A stretch of DNA of 63,438 nucleotides, filler included, from Octopus bimaculoides (taxonomy: Eukaryota): NCBI RefSeq assembly GCF_001194135.2. It is 6 parts of 5 records of this genome, joined end to end, with 100 filler letters (N's around TTAATTAATTAA, not from the genome) between each part and the next. Parts side by side here need not be neighbours in the genome. Positions count along the whole stretch, not along the records: positions 43,202 to 52,270 come from NC_068986.1; positions 52,371 to 63,438 come from NC_068985.1; 4 more parts are not named here. One strand, 5' to 3'. This document shows positions 50,558 to 63,438 of this stretch, in pieces; position 1 is the stretch's first letter, and each line of letters opens with the position of its first letter. The position numbers and the translations under genes were made by a program. The notes under the pieces are model-generated. The model ran no database searches, was not told the DNA's origin, and saw only the letters and a program-made list of their open reading frames with translations.

Positions 50558-51720
50558 TTGGGCCATCCCATAGAATTTACAGATTTTTCAATTGCATGAA
50601 ATAAAAGTCGCAGGGTGACGGGATAAACTACCTGCGTCAACTTGCTATGAAAGCAGGTCGTAAGTTTATCTTGTCCTTATTCTTAGTGCAAGTTTTGAAG
50701 CGTGCAGTTCTATTTTAACAGTTATTTTTTCAAAGCTATAATAGAAGTGACAAAGGAGCATATTCGGCATATTTTGCTTTATGAGTTCAATACGGGCAAC
50801 AACGCAACGGAAAGTGCGAGGAATATCAATGCAGTATATGGGGATCGGACTATAAATATAAGCCAGTGTCAACGGTGGTTCCAGAAATTCCGAGCCGGAA
50901 ACTACAGCCTAGAAGACGAGCTTCGTCATGGAAGAAATGTAGAGCTCGTGGAAGACGTCCTGTTAGCCCTGGTGGAACAAAATCCCCTCGCAACTGTTGA
51001 GGAACTAGCAGAGAAGCTTGTATTTGGTCATTCAACCATTAATCGACACCTGCATGCTATCGGAAAAGTCAGCAAATTGGGTCAATGGGTTCCTCACAAA
51101 CTTCCCGAGTCTAATCGCGCGCAGAGAGTGAATGTGTGCTCTTCTTTGCTGTCACGTCTCACGAATGAACCTTTTTTGAACCGAATAGTTACTGGTGACG
51201 AGAAATGGGTTCTCTATAAAAATGTCAAGCGCTTAAGACAGTGGGTAGGGAAAGGGGAAACACCAACATCCCAGGCTAAAAAGGGTCTTCATCCACCTAA
51301 GGTGTTATCTGTTTGGTGGGATATGAAAGGTTTAGTCCTCTTTGAGCTTTTAAACCCAAACCAAACGATAACAAGGAAGAGCTACTGTGAGAGGCTTGAG
51401 CGGCTTAAGATGTTCTTCCACCATGATAATGCTTGACCACATACAGCAAGAATGACATTCCAAAGGCTGGAGCAGTTTGAATGGGAAACGTTGACCAACC
51501 CACCACATTCACCGGACATTGCCTCATATGATTATCATTGATTCCGCAGTCTTCAAAACAATTTGGACAGGAAAACTATCAGTTCTGTATACGAGGTCAG
51601 AACAGTACCGGTGTAGTATTTTACGTCACAGACAAGTGAATTTTAGAAGAGGGATGCTGCAAGACTACCAGATAGATGGAAGAGCATTATAGAAAATGAA
51701 GGAGAGTATATTTTACGTTA
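50558..51720 (+). mobile_element. Mariner transposon, left TIR and most of the transposase (ORF 50702-51436)
   Basis: Left TIR TTGGGCCATCCCATA. HIRHILLYEF, WFQKFRAG, GQWVPHKL, IVTGDEKW and HHDNA motifs. About 36 nt deleted near 51408 relative to the 28.5-kb copy. Confidence 0.9.
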
Positions 51721-52091
51721 AAAAAGTTGTTATATGCCCATCAAGTTAGGGAATTAATAAAAGCAAATAATATCATGGAAAAGCAAAACCTATTCTTTTC
51801 AACTGTCTACAGCCAGGCTGATATAATTAGTGCATTCTTCCAGGAGTGAAATAAAAAATTCTCTAACTTGAGGGGATGGGTCCTTAGATACTAACATGGG
51901 CCCCCATATATGGATTCTAATGTCGCAGGGGCCCACTTGCCATCGGGGCAAGCTGGCAACCTGGCCAGTCCGCCACTGCATACACATGTATATGCTTCTC
52001 AAGGCACTTTCGGCAACTGTCTGCTATTATAGCTTCGGGCATTGCGAGTGAATTTGGTAGACGAAAGCCAAAGAAGGCAGTCGTATATGCA

Positions 52092-52124
<33 letters not shown>

Positions 52125-52210
52125 GTACATGTAGATGAACGTATATACATACACGTACATATATATGCATATACTCATATATTGTATATATATATATGTG
52201 TGTGTGTGTA

Positions 52211-52270
<60 letters not shown>

Positions 52271-54332
52271 NNNNNNNNNNNNNNNNNNNNNNNNNNNNNN
52301 NNNNNNNNNNNNNNTTAATTAATTAANNNNNNNNNNNNNNNNNNNNNNNNNNNNNNNNNNNNNNNNNNNNATATATATATATATATGCATATATATATAC
52401 ATATATATATGTGTGTGTGCGCGTGTGTGTATTTATGAATATATATAGATATGTATATATATCTATGCATATACATAGTTATGTATATATATAAATATAT
52501 ATGAGTGTGTGTGTGTTAATATGTGTATGTGTGTATGTATGCATATATGCATATATATGCATATGTATATATATATTATATATATTATATATATATTATA
52601 TATATATATATACAATCTATATAATATATATAAATATGCACATATATATACATACATGTATGCATGCATATATATATACATACATGTATGCATGCATATA
52701 TATATATACGTATATATATATATNNNNNNNNNNNNNNNNNNNNNNNNNNNNNNNNNNNNNNNNNNNNNNNNNNNNNNNNNNNNNNNNNNNAAGAGAGAGG
52801 AAAAGAGGAATATGTATTCATCTATGAAACTGCGTGATGGTTTAATGCCATGAATACTTGTATATATATATATATATATATATACACATACATGAGAAAT
52901 GTTATAAAAACATGTGTAGGTATATCTGTATAGATATTTATGCAATATATACCAATACACGTTCACACACTTATACTGATATGCATTAAAACTCACACTC
53001 ATGCGCACACACACACGGACGACACTTACACACACTGACATACATATATACAATCATACATATACACACAGATACACGTACATATATTCATGCTTATTAC
53101 ATGTACACACTTATAGGTAAATATTACAGGCAAACTGATTGTCGCGCATACATACATATATGCATAAAAAAATGTTTTTGTATTGCGTAGTTGATATGGA
53201 TTTGGTCACAGCGGTTCATGTCGTTAGAATCATTGTGATACTTGTGAATAACGAAGTATAATCTCTATAGAACATATATAATGAAATTTTGTGAGGTGTT
53301 TACTGTTCTCTACAAGTTATTAAAATTGGACATTTAAACGTGTACAGTAGTGATCGAATGAGGGCTGATGATAGGATTTAGCAACAGCATTCCGAAGGAA
53401 ACGCTGACTTGCCAGTGTAACCAAATAAGAGGGCATTATGATTTGTTTGAGATAAGGTCCAAGGGCACAGAAGTTCCTAAGTCAAAGTCTGTACAATTGG
53501 CTTGCTTAAGCCTTCCAATCTCTATGGAATATAGGCAATCGACGACTTTACTACACTGTTCTCGATTTCTGGCTGTGTCCTTTCTCTTCCATGTGTCAAA
53601 TAATTTTTAATTGTTACCGATGCATCTTTACTTCGGCTTTTTCTCAGAGGTATTGGCCCAATGCAAAACCATTTTCACTCCTGTGTTGAAGTCCGTATGA
53701 TTCTAGCCTCTGCCCTTTTGACCTGGGATTTTAGAAGCTTGTGCTCCTCTGGTTTAGCTCTTAGTCATTGAGACACGGAAAACATCACTCCACATCAAGG
53801 ACTAGATCTTGTGGGGATATACGAGTTGCTTGGAGACCGAGCATATTTGACTTGGGATAGTTTATTGAATAGCTGACAGTGCAGCTATATGGGGTCCACT
53901 ACTAAAGATCAGCTTACTGCCTTCCTTGAGTACGCAGATAGCCTCTGTAAGGTGACTATAGCGTAAGAGATTGTCTGGTAGTTGAACTTCACAGAATTGA
54001 TGATAAGGCTGTTTCTGACTATGGCCTCAGCAACAGCTACAACATCGTCATAATACAGAAGTTGAGATGGTGAAGGAAACGAGTATTGTCCTAAAACAAA
54101 TTTAATTAGAAGTTTGTTCAAATGGTGTAAGGGGTAGATGCGAAAGAACCTTTTTTGTTGAATTCTACTTGGTGATTTCAGTCGGGAAAAGGTGACAGCC
54201 TGGAGCCTACGGTAGCCAAGGTTGACAATATCCCTTTCGGCTTTTATTTCAAATATATTCATTCATGTTCTTCATGTGTTCTCTCTTCTCGCTTGGATAC
54301 AGTTTATGTTTTCTGTTGTGGCTTCCTGTGAC

Positions 54333-54417
<85 letters not shown>

Positions 54418-54753
54418 AACATACACACACATATGTAAATATATTTATGTATATATGTTTATATGCATATATAGATGTGCATAGGTAGATCTATGTATAT
54501 ACATATAAACATATATGTCTATCTAAGCATGTATACATGCATGAACATATACGTATAACCATATGTATACTTTTATCTATATATATATTCTTAAAAACAC
54601 ACACACATATATATACATGCATTCACATACATACACACATACATACAAACATATACATACAAGACATTCAAATATAAGTATGTTTAAATATATGCATGTA
54701 TATATTATTTTATAAATATACATGCATATATATTTATATAAGTTTATATATAT

Positions 54754-54833
<80 letters not shown>

Positions 54834-55289
54834 GTATATATATATATATATATGTATATGAGTATGTGTGTGTGCTTATGTGTACACACACACACATACA
54901 CATACATCCTCTCATGCATGCACCTTTACTACTCTTCCTTTTATTATTCTCCAACTTGCAGCATATTCTCTAAATATAAAAAAAGAACACACAATGCTAC
55001 GATGCTATGCTAATTTATTCGTACTGCAGTGTGTTATAGAATATCTTGACATAGGTTTAATTATTATCTTGCTACGACGTTTTTGAGAAGCAAACCATTC
55101 GATTGGCGCATATAATTGGCTATTGGCTGCAACAAATGTGCACAATACAAATCTGCTGACCACTTATGGAGTGAGAGAGCTAGCCTGGACGGTGTTGGTC
55201 GATTTGCTAGAAATAGCTGCCAAATTTATTTCGTTTTAATCACGCCCCTTATTATTAGTTTCAGATTTTAGCCCAAGGCTAGCAGGTTC

Positions 55290-55440
55290 GTGGGAGGAGA
55301 TAAATCAGTTACATCGACCGAGTGTGCGACTGGTGCTTATTTTATTGACCCCCGAAAATATGAAAGGCAAAAGTTGACCTCAGCAGAATTTGAACTCAGA
55401 ACGACAATAACTCTTTTGCCCGACGTGCTAACGATATTGC
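55290..55440 (-). mobile_element. SINE fragment (third head family; related pieces near 16370-16510 and 60200-60380)
   Basis: Reverse strand GAGTTCAAATTCTGCTGAGGTCAACTTTTGCCTTTCAT (B-box-like head). Confidence 0.65.
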
Positions 55441-55644
55441 CAGTTCCCCGCCTCACATGCCCTTTATTATTAATAATAAACTACGCATTAGATAACTTTG
55501 CCCAAGATACACTAGATCATGTAAATCAACGACAGACTGGACTTAGTTTGGAATGCCTTTAATCAATGGTCTTTTCAAGATTAGGGAAACCAGGGACAAA
55601 ATAATTAACGACAATGATGATAAAGACTATTTCCAACATAATGT

Positions 55645-55872
55645 GGCTGTCCTGGATGGGACGAATGTTACTGTTGTTTAGCCCGAAGAAACGTCGTTTC
55701 CAGCTGGCTATATGACACAGTCTCTGTCCACAGATGTTGCTTTGTACTGGATGGGGGTGCTGGGATCCCCTGTTCGAAAATATAAGGACACAGAAATTGT
55801 GTCGGATAGCCAGCTGGAAACGACGTTTCCTGGGGCTAAACAATAGTAACATTCGTCCCATCCGAGACTGCC
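55645..55872. mobile_element. MITE / foldback element
   Basis: About 65-bp inverted arms GGATGGGACGAATGTTACTGTTGTTTAGCCC...GAAACGTCGTTTCCAGCTGGCTA and its near-complement. No ORF. Confidence 0.8.
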
Positions 55873-56112
55873 AAATAGTCTTTACTTTAAAGTATTGTTA
55901 CTGAAAATCTCTCTCTGAGAGATTTAGAAATAATGATGTTTCAACAATGATAATATGTTTGCTTGACCTTGGCCTGTTCCAAGTCATGGGTTTTATATTA
56001 ATCTTATGGTTCCTGTCTGACCGCGCTGTCCCTGATGTGCAAAAAGATATAATGTTCGTGGCGGGATTGCTATTTGGTCATAAGTCTACTAGGTCAGAGT
56101 TGGACTAGAAAT

Positions 56113-56590
56113 TACCACCACCACCACCACCACNNNNNNNNNNNNNNNNNNNNNNNNNNNNNNNNNNNNNNNNNNNNNNNNNNNNNNNNNNNNNNNNNNN
56201 NNNNNNNNNNNNNNNNNNNNNNNNNNNNNNNNNNNNNNNNNNNNNNNNNNNNNNNNNNNNNNNNNNNNNNNNNNNNNNNNNNNNNNNNNNNNNNNNNNNN
56301 NNNNNNNNNNNNNNNNNNNNNNNNNNNNNNNNNNNNNNNNNNNNNNNNNNNNNNNNNNNNNNNNNNNNNNNNNNNNNNNNNNNNNNNNNNNNNACCTCCA
56401 TCATTTCCACTACCACGACGACTACCATCACTACCACGACGACGAACCACTACTATCGCCTTCGCTACAATCACCTTTACCAAAACCACCACCGCTACCA
56501 CTACCTGCAACGCCACCACCGACATTATGACTACAATGATGACGGCGACTACGGCTACTACTACTACAGCTGTTGCTGCTGCCACTGCTG

Positions 56591-56636
<46 letters not shown>

Positions 56637-56840
56637 AGCTGCTGCTGCTGCCACTGCTACTACTACTACTACTACTACAACTATCACCACCACCACCACC
56701 ACCACCACCACTNNNNNNNNNNNNNNNNNNNNNNNNNNNNNNNNNNNNNNNNNNNNNNNNNNNNNNNNNGCTACTACTACTACTACTACTACAACTATCA
56801 CCACCACCACCACCACCACCACCACTACTACTACTACTAC
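56113..56840. repeat. Compound trinucleotide repeat (ACC/ACT/GCT) with gaps
   Basis: Direct inspection. Confidence 0.9.
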
Positions 56841-57327
56841 TATAGTTTTGTGTAACCCAACAATTGTTTTCGTATCTAGAATCACGCTTTCACACCGCAA
56901 CAAACATCTCACTAAACCTATTTTTGCTATTTCGACGACTCTGGTAATCTTATCATCATTGACTTTTTACCACATTCAACTTTCCAGGTATTCCACTTTC
57001 CGCGATCCTCTTGACCACAGACTTAAATTGTAAGAAAGAGTCTAACGGTAGAGCCTCAAATATATCACCGCTTCAGGATCCTGTCGAATAATTACGATGT
57101 TTGGCATGCTTAATATTGACTGATGCACTCATACACAGAAACGCGCACACACACACTAACATACACACACTTGCTACATACACATATACATCATACACCT
57201 AGGCATTAATGTAACGACATTTGTGCATTGATGTCTACCTTTCTGCTATTCAATATGTATCTACCCCAGTCGCTGTCTCTACTCCCTCTTTGTATACGCA
57301 TGTGTGTGAGGGTGCGTGTTATATTTC

Positions 57328-57365
<38 letters not shown>

Positions 57366-59060
57366 ATTATTAATAATACTGGTGAAGGTCGGTCTATGGG
57401 GTTACCCTGGATTTCCCGTCCATAAAGGGTTAACTTTAAAGTGTATTGTCAGACCTCAAGACCTGTTGACCCAAGACTTCTTTAAAATATATTTTAAAGA
57501 GATCTGACATAAATCCCGAATGCATTTTGTCCAGTGTTCTTTTTTTTTTTTGGGCCCATCTACCACCATAACACATCATACTAGAAGATTTTTTATTATT
57601 TAGACTCAGTCACCGTAGCACTCTTCGCACTATGCATTTATGCTTAGCATTAATACTCTTTGAATCAACGTAGGTACGAATCAACAAGGAAGTTTCCCGG
57701 CTGTCGGTTGATATACTAAAAGCAAAACCTCTATTTTTTAAAGATTAGTGCGTTACAGCTTTAACGAAAGCGAAGTATGATTAAAAAGAAGGAATGGTCA
57801 TGATTAAGATGCTCATGTTTTTAAGTTGGTTTCATCAGGTCTAATTTAGTGATGAACAGTAATATGCTACATGTTTATCATCAGTCTAGAGGTATATATT
57901 TCGCAATGTATTTTCTACCTAAGCATAATAATTTGTCTAAGTTATTCATAATGTCTGAGGACGATAAAAGTTATATTAGATACCTATTGTGAGAAAATAA
58001 TAACAGTTTTTTTATGTAATGTTTGGACGTAAAGCAAATATGTTGAAAGACATATCAGGGTTAATTTAATATTAACCATCGAAAAGTAAGAACAAACACA
58101 AAAATTAACGTGTTGTAAGTCAAACTGGTTTGTAGAGATGCTCCTTGACAGTTCTCATTTTTTGTCTTCTTAATATAAACTATTTTTTCTACTTCAGAAG
58201 ACCTAATTGCAACTGAGATATGATTTCGTCTGAAATTAAGAGACATTATTTCCAGGATCATTTTGAAGAGAGGGAAAATCAGTCTTTGCGAATATCATTA
58301 ATTTCGAAAAGTTTGTGGGCATCTCTTTGTAAAATACATGATGGTATACGAATCGGTCGACTGGTAGCCTAAAATCCATTGTATCGACTTTTACGAGTCT
58401 GACTTCCAAAACGAAATACATTCAGCAATACTCAACACCAAATTATTACATGTTATTTCAAATACCCAGTAGACCTTCATTATATCTATGGAAAATTTAT
58501 TTACGGGACTCAGTTTGCGTAATTGATGCCAGGCAATAAAAAGTAAGGTCCTAAAATTTCTACTGACTCACCCCTGCACTACGTTCTGTTATTAACTGAG
58601 TTTTCATTACAGTTATTTAAATTATGATACAAGAACTGCTTGATATCAATTTCCATAAAATATAATTAAACATATATGTCAAAAACTTTCGGTTTGGCTT
58701 TTCGACTCTCATTACCAAACAGCCAAGAGAAACTGCACTTTGTGCCTAAAGTTTAAATTATTAAATATAAATCTCAGCTGATGTGTGTCTGGGGAAATAT
58801 AAGCAAAATGGAGAGTGTCAGTGAGTTCAGGTTCAGACTCTGAAGTACAAAAATGATGATATGTTTAAGGAGAGTCAAGTAATGGATTTGTAATTTCGTA
58901 GCATGAAATATTTAAATCAATGTAGCGTGAGAACAAAAGTTATAAAACATCGATGTACTTGGACTGATCAAATATGTAGAGAACTCAATACTTAACGGTG
59001 GACTTATCTGCAATGAGCGGGTGCTTTTGCTGTAGCAATACAGTATACTATGTGTTTGTT

Positions 59061-59164
<104 letters not shown>

Positions 59165-61028
59165 ATTCTCAACGTATAATCTGATTGAGAAGTGCTTCAG
59201 TATGTCTTTCTAATCTGTAAGGGAATTCTTTGGTAAGACATCTAGTTAATGATCACACAGGCCCATATCTACCCAAGTTCGCATGTTCAATAGCATATTG
59301 ATGACATTTGATATACTACTACTAAACAAATATCAGAATCTGGTAAGTCTATTAATTACGAAAGGATATTAGATGGGTTGGAAAGATAAATGTGTTGAAA
59401 GGGAGACAGGAGTTTGAAGTCTATTGCCTGCGATCAAATCTTGAAGAATTCAATTTTGTCCTTCATCAATAGTAGGACAAATGCAATAAGTATCAATAAA
59501 TTACTATTATAAAATTACTATTATCAAATCAATTAACCTTATACTTCTTTAAAATTGGAAGTGTACTTGATTAGCAAGTGATTTGATTTGAGATCGTGTG
59601 TGTTAAAACTGAAGCAATTACATTGTGGAAGAGTCACTTTAGCTATTTAAATAAAGACAAATATTAAATTTTCTTTTCCTTTCATTTCTTGACGCGTCAG
59701 ATTTTTTGTCGCACACCTGCAACCCAGTCTCTACTAACGCTATGGGATTATGTTAGTAACCAGGATATGTGCTTTTAAATTGTTAAAATGATTCTTCTTG
59801 AACATTGCTCGAAAAAGAAACGATTTATATGGAGTTCAAACATTTCCTTCAGAAACTCCACACATTTATTCATAATCAGGTGACAAAAATGTTCACGAAA
59901 TAAACAAAATGGTTTTCTAGCCCTAAGATATAATTTATTACATATCTTGTGGCAAGGTTTTGATAGTCTGTTTCATACAAAAATAAGAATAACTGTACAA
60001 GTAACTAATAAATGAGAATATTTCGAGTAATGTGACGCAAGCTAAGTTTCTTTTAAAAGACCAAAAGAAAGCATTGGCACATATTTCTGCATTGCACAAA
60101 TGAAGAAGTTTTTCATAAAGCGTCATCAAATGTTTACTTCACTATTCGAGTGATATTATAGAAACACAATTTAAAAAACAAAATTTCGTCGGAAGAGAAT
60201 GCAGTACCCATGATCCGTTACAGGACCTCCGAGACAGAAACAGTAAGAATAAGTACCGCAAGGTATCCAATTGGACGTTCTTAAATGCCAGCCCACCTTT
60301 GATTGATACTTTTTTTTATCGACCACAAAAAGATGAAATTCAAAGTTGGCCTTTGTGGATTGTGAACTCTGAACGCAACGTATCAGAACAGATAGCAAAA
60401 GGCATTCTACCCGACACTCTAAGGACACTCTATAATTGGTCGGAAAGGACCAGTAGATTCTAATCTACGATGAAGCTTCAAAATACTAGAAATATTGGGA
60501 AGGTCAAGGTAAATCAGTAGGGTGAAATTTGCAGTATGCGTATGTTGATATTTCAATGTGAAGAAAAGAATGGATTAGTAGGAATGTTAAAGCGGCGGGT
60601 CAAATGTATCTTGAAAATTAGTTTCACCTTACTACGCTTTAGGCTCAAAACCTTTTAAAGTCAAGCCAGTGTTTTATGCATATGAGATAGAGGAAATTCG
60701 AATTAGTCTTTCAGTGGGATCGATTAAATTCTCATTAACAGTCAGTTTCAAATTTGTGGTCTTATACCAATATAGGAAATTCGGATTTAGCAAGAACTTG
60801 TAAGTGATTTGTAATTCCAAAAGGATGCAGTTCAGAAGAAAACTTAACAAGACTGAAATGTCTCGGGAGGGAAATATATGGTGAGTGAGTGAGTGAGTGA
60901 GTGAGTGAGTGAAGGGCAGAGTGAGTGGGGTAGATCTAGGTACGAGATTCAATTCTTGCAGTAGAAAGAGTAGTGAGAAAGGTAGAGAAAATACAGAGAG
61001 AGAATGAGTGAGACAGACAGACAGACAG

Positions 61029-61133
<105 letters not shown>

Positions 61134-61787
61134 AGAATATATAACCTATGAATTACTAGCTGGAGATGGTTTTAATTCAGATTTCGATAGCGAAACGAAT
61201 TTCCAAGCTTTAGAAGTAAGAGGAAACCAACATTTAGCTCAAGAAATTATGTTTTAAAAAAAAAAAAAGGCATCAGATTTAGGCATATTCGGGATGTGGG
61301 TATTTTGTAACAAGAGATAAAATGTAAATAAAGGTAGGAATGTTTGGAGAATTGATTGAATAGCAAATACGAGTGCAATGGTGTGATTTTGCTGTTCAAG
61401 ATTGCCGAACGGTTGAAGGTACCAGCTATTAAATGCAGTCGAATGTCAATATGACGAATGTGACGGAGGGCCGTAATATAATTTGTCTTCAGTTAATTCC
61501 AAGGGAGCACTGAAACTCTTTAACTCTTTGTCTGCGCATCTGCAACAAGTTTCCAATTATATTAATGTCTGGATATTTCGCTATACATCCCGTGTTGTAT
61601 TCAATGTTTGCGTTTTAGTATTCTTTAACGATTTTAATAATATGTCAGGCTACATAACGTTATTGAAACGCAAACATGTTTCATCTTTAGTCGAATATAT
61701 CCAAGATGTCTTATTTAATTTTTCTGAAAGATAAATATTTTGAGATGTTCAGTCTCATCAAGCTTGTTGACAGATATATCGGCTGTG

Positions 61788-61823
<36 letters not shown>

Positions 61824-61957
61824 TTAAAAACCCATCTGCTCCATTACATACTGTGAATGCATAAAAGCTTGTCATGCCGTCATCAAGTTTTTGCCAGAAT
61901 TACTTGTTTTTTATCGAAATATTTATAATTTTGTGTCAGTGAAAGAAAAATATATTT

Positions 61958-62160
61958 TTTTCAGCCCTCAAGGTCTAAATTTTTCAGTCATTAAGGTCTA
62001 GTTTTTCAGTCCCCAAGGAGTAATATTTTAGTCCTCAAGGTCTAATTTTTTTTCAGTCCTCAAGGTCTAATATTTTTGTCAGTCTTAGAGGTACAAATTT
62101 TTTTCATTTCTCAAGGCTCATATTTTTGTTCAGTCCTCAAGGTCTAAATTTTCTTCATCC
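61958..62160. repeat. Degenerate minisatellite, about 22-27-bp unit (TTTTCAGTCCTCAAGGTCTAA), about 8 copies
   Basis: Recurrent CAGTCCTCAAGGTCTAA variants separated by T-rich spacers. Confidence 0.85.
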
Positions 62161-62832
62161 CAAAAGACTCATCGTATTTCTACATATCTTTAGGAAAAAA
62201 AGTATGCAGTTGCAAATGTCCAGAACTCCAGAAGCTGGATTAGTTTTGTTCACTAATACATAAACAGTACGTAGTCTCTTCCTGAATGATACTGAAAAAA
62301 TCGGTCATTAGTCTATCTAGATCCATGAAATATTTGGGATTTCAAGTTTCTTTTAGGGTTCAGCAAGCAGCGGAGGAGGTCTAGGGCAATGGAAGGCAAA
62401 ATATCTACAGTGACTTATCCTAACTAACGATCTACGTAATGTACTAGCTAAATGATCGTTAGCGTTTCCAGAAAAAGGACATAGCAAAATGTACTCCATT
62501 ATGAATCTATGCATATATACATACATAATGCACACATAGACACACATACATAGATAGATGCAAACCCACACGCTCATATATATANNNNNNNNNNNNNNNN
62601 NNNNNNNNNNNNNNNNNNNNNNNNNNNNNNNNNNNNNNNNNNNNNNNNNNNNNNNNNNNNNNNNNNNNNNNNNNNNNNNNNNNNNNNNNNNNNNNNNNNN
62701 NNNNNNNNNNNNNNNNNNNNNNNNNNNNNNNNNNNNNNNNNNNNNNNNNNNNNNNNNNNNNNNNNNNNNNNNNNNTATATATATATATTGTTTTAAGAGT
62801 TTTAACGAACTGTTTATAGAGGGTTATAGAAC

Positions 62833-62865
<33 letters not shown>

Positions 62866-63393
62866 ACACACAATTTAATGGACAAAATACATGTTTTTAT
62901 GTGCTACTAATAGTTTCATATGTTGAGAAATATCTGATGCATATCAGGAACAAACCACAGATGATAGCGAACTAATATATGTGTTCTTCGAAAACAAATT
63001 CAAAGAAAAAAAGTGTAAAATTATTCCACATCATCTTGAACATTTACAAAGATACTCATGACGTCTAGAGCATGCAAGTCTCATTGATAAAAATACAATT
63101 TCTATAATGGATAGAGAAATTCGAAAGATTAATTTGGTACAATGCTAGAATGCATTTCATGTCTACTGAGATATAGGTTCGAGTCCCATGAACATTCTTC
63201 AACCTTTTCTCTCCAAAAGGATTTTTCAACCTAATATTTACATGCTAATATTAAAAGCTATGTATTTACTTCGAGAACCAATATAAAATAAAAAAGGCAT
63301 ATATACATTATAAGTTTGTATATTAAAACATACTGATAGATTTGTATATTTGAGTGTATATCTGTGTTCCATATATTTATGTGTGTATATAAG

Positions 63394-63438
<45 letters not shown>

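Noticed and set aside
52463-55086. Many 60-200-aa ORFs rich in YI, HT and CV
   Set aside because: Artefacts of (TA)n and (CA)n tracts. The same applies near 1.9-2.2, 3.3-3.7, 5.0-5.3, 43.2, 50.2, 58.9 and 62.5 kb.
56074-57033. 319-aa ORF and overlapping poly-T/V/L ORFs
   Set aside because: Translation of trinucleotide repeats and N gaps, with no splice or domain evidence.
4555-57880. Other CTGANGA heptamers (about 4558, 21807, 26685, 28617, 47126, 57824, 57876)
   Set aside because: No downstream GAAA with closing stems. Most lie in transposase or RT coding remnants.

Overview
AT-rich, repeat-dense eukaryotic genomic DNA, most likely Octopus (inferred from the tRNA-SINE families and microsatellite load, not from a database search). 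The window is six pieces joined by artificial 100-bp spacers (44 N + TTAATTAATTAA + 44 N), so adjacency across those joins is not guaranteed. The only host gene I can support is an inactive rhomboid (iRhom/RHBDF-like) on the minus strand, with two clear N-terminal exons (21069-21399, 18322-18411). The rest is decayed mobile DNA: CR1/L2-, RTE-, Tx1/L1- and R4/Dong-type LINEs, two Penelope-like elements (PLEs), Tigger/pogo, several Tc1/mariner copies, tRNA-derived SINEs, a MITE and simple repeats. The main hidden signal is RNA-structural: eight type I hammerhead ribozyme motifs from five unrelated sequence families (8543, 9196, 9611, 33929; 12492; 24171; 30469; 49123). All have a short, mostly self-complementary stem III, which points to dimeric cleavage. 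One family is a composite of tRNA-like Pol III head, (AAT)n spacer and hammerhead, embedded in a Penelope pseudo-LTR and also found as dispersed pieces. Two others (24171, 49123) have intact cores and long extensions with no recognisable coding parent nearby. All folds and alignments were done by eye and none of the ribozymes has been tested.
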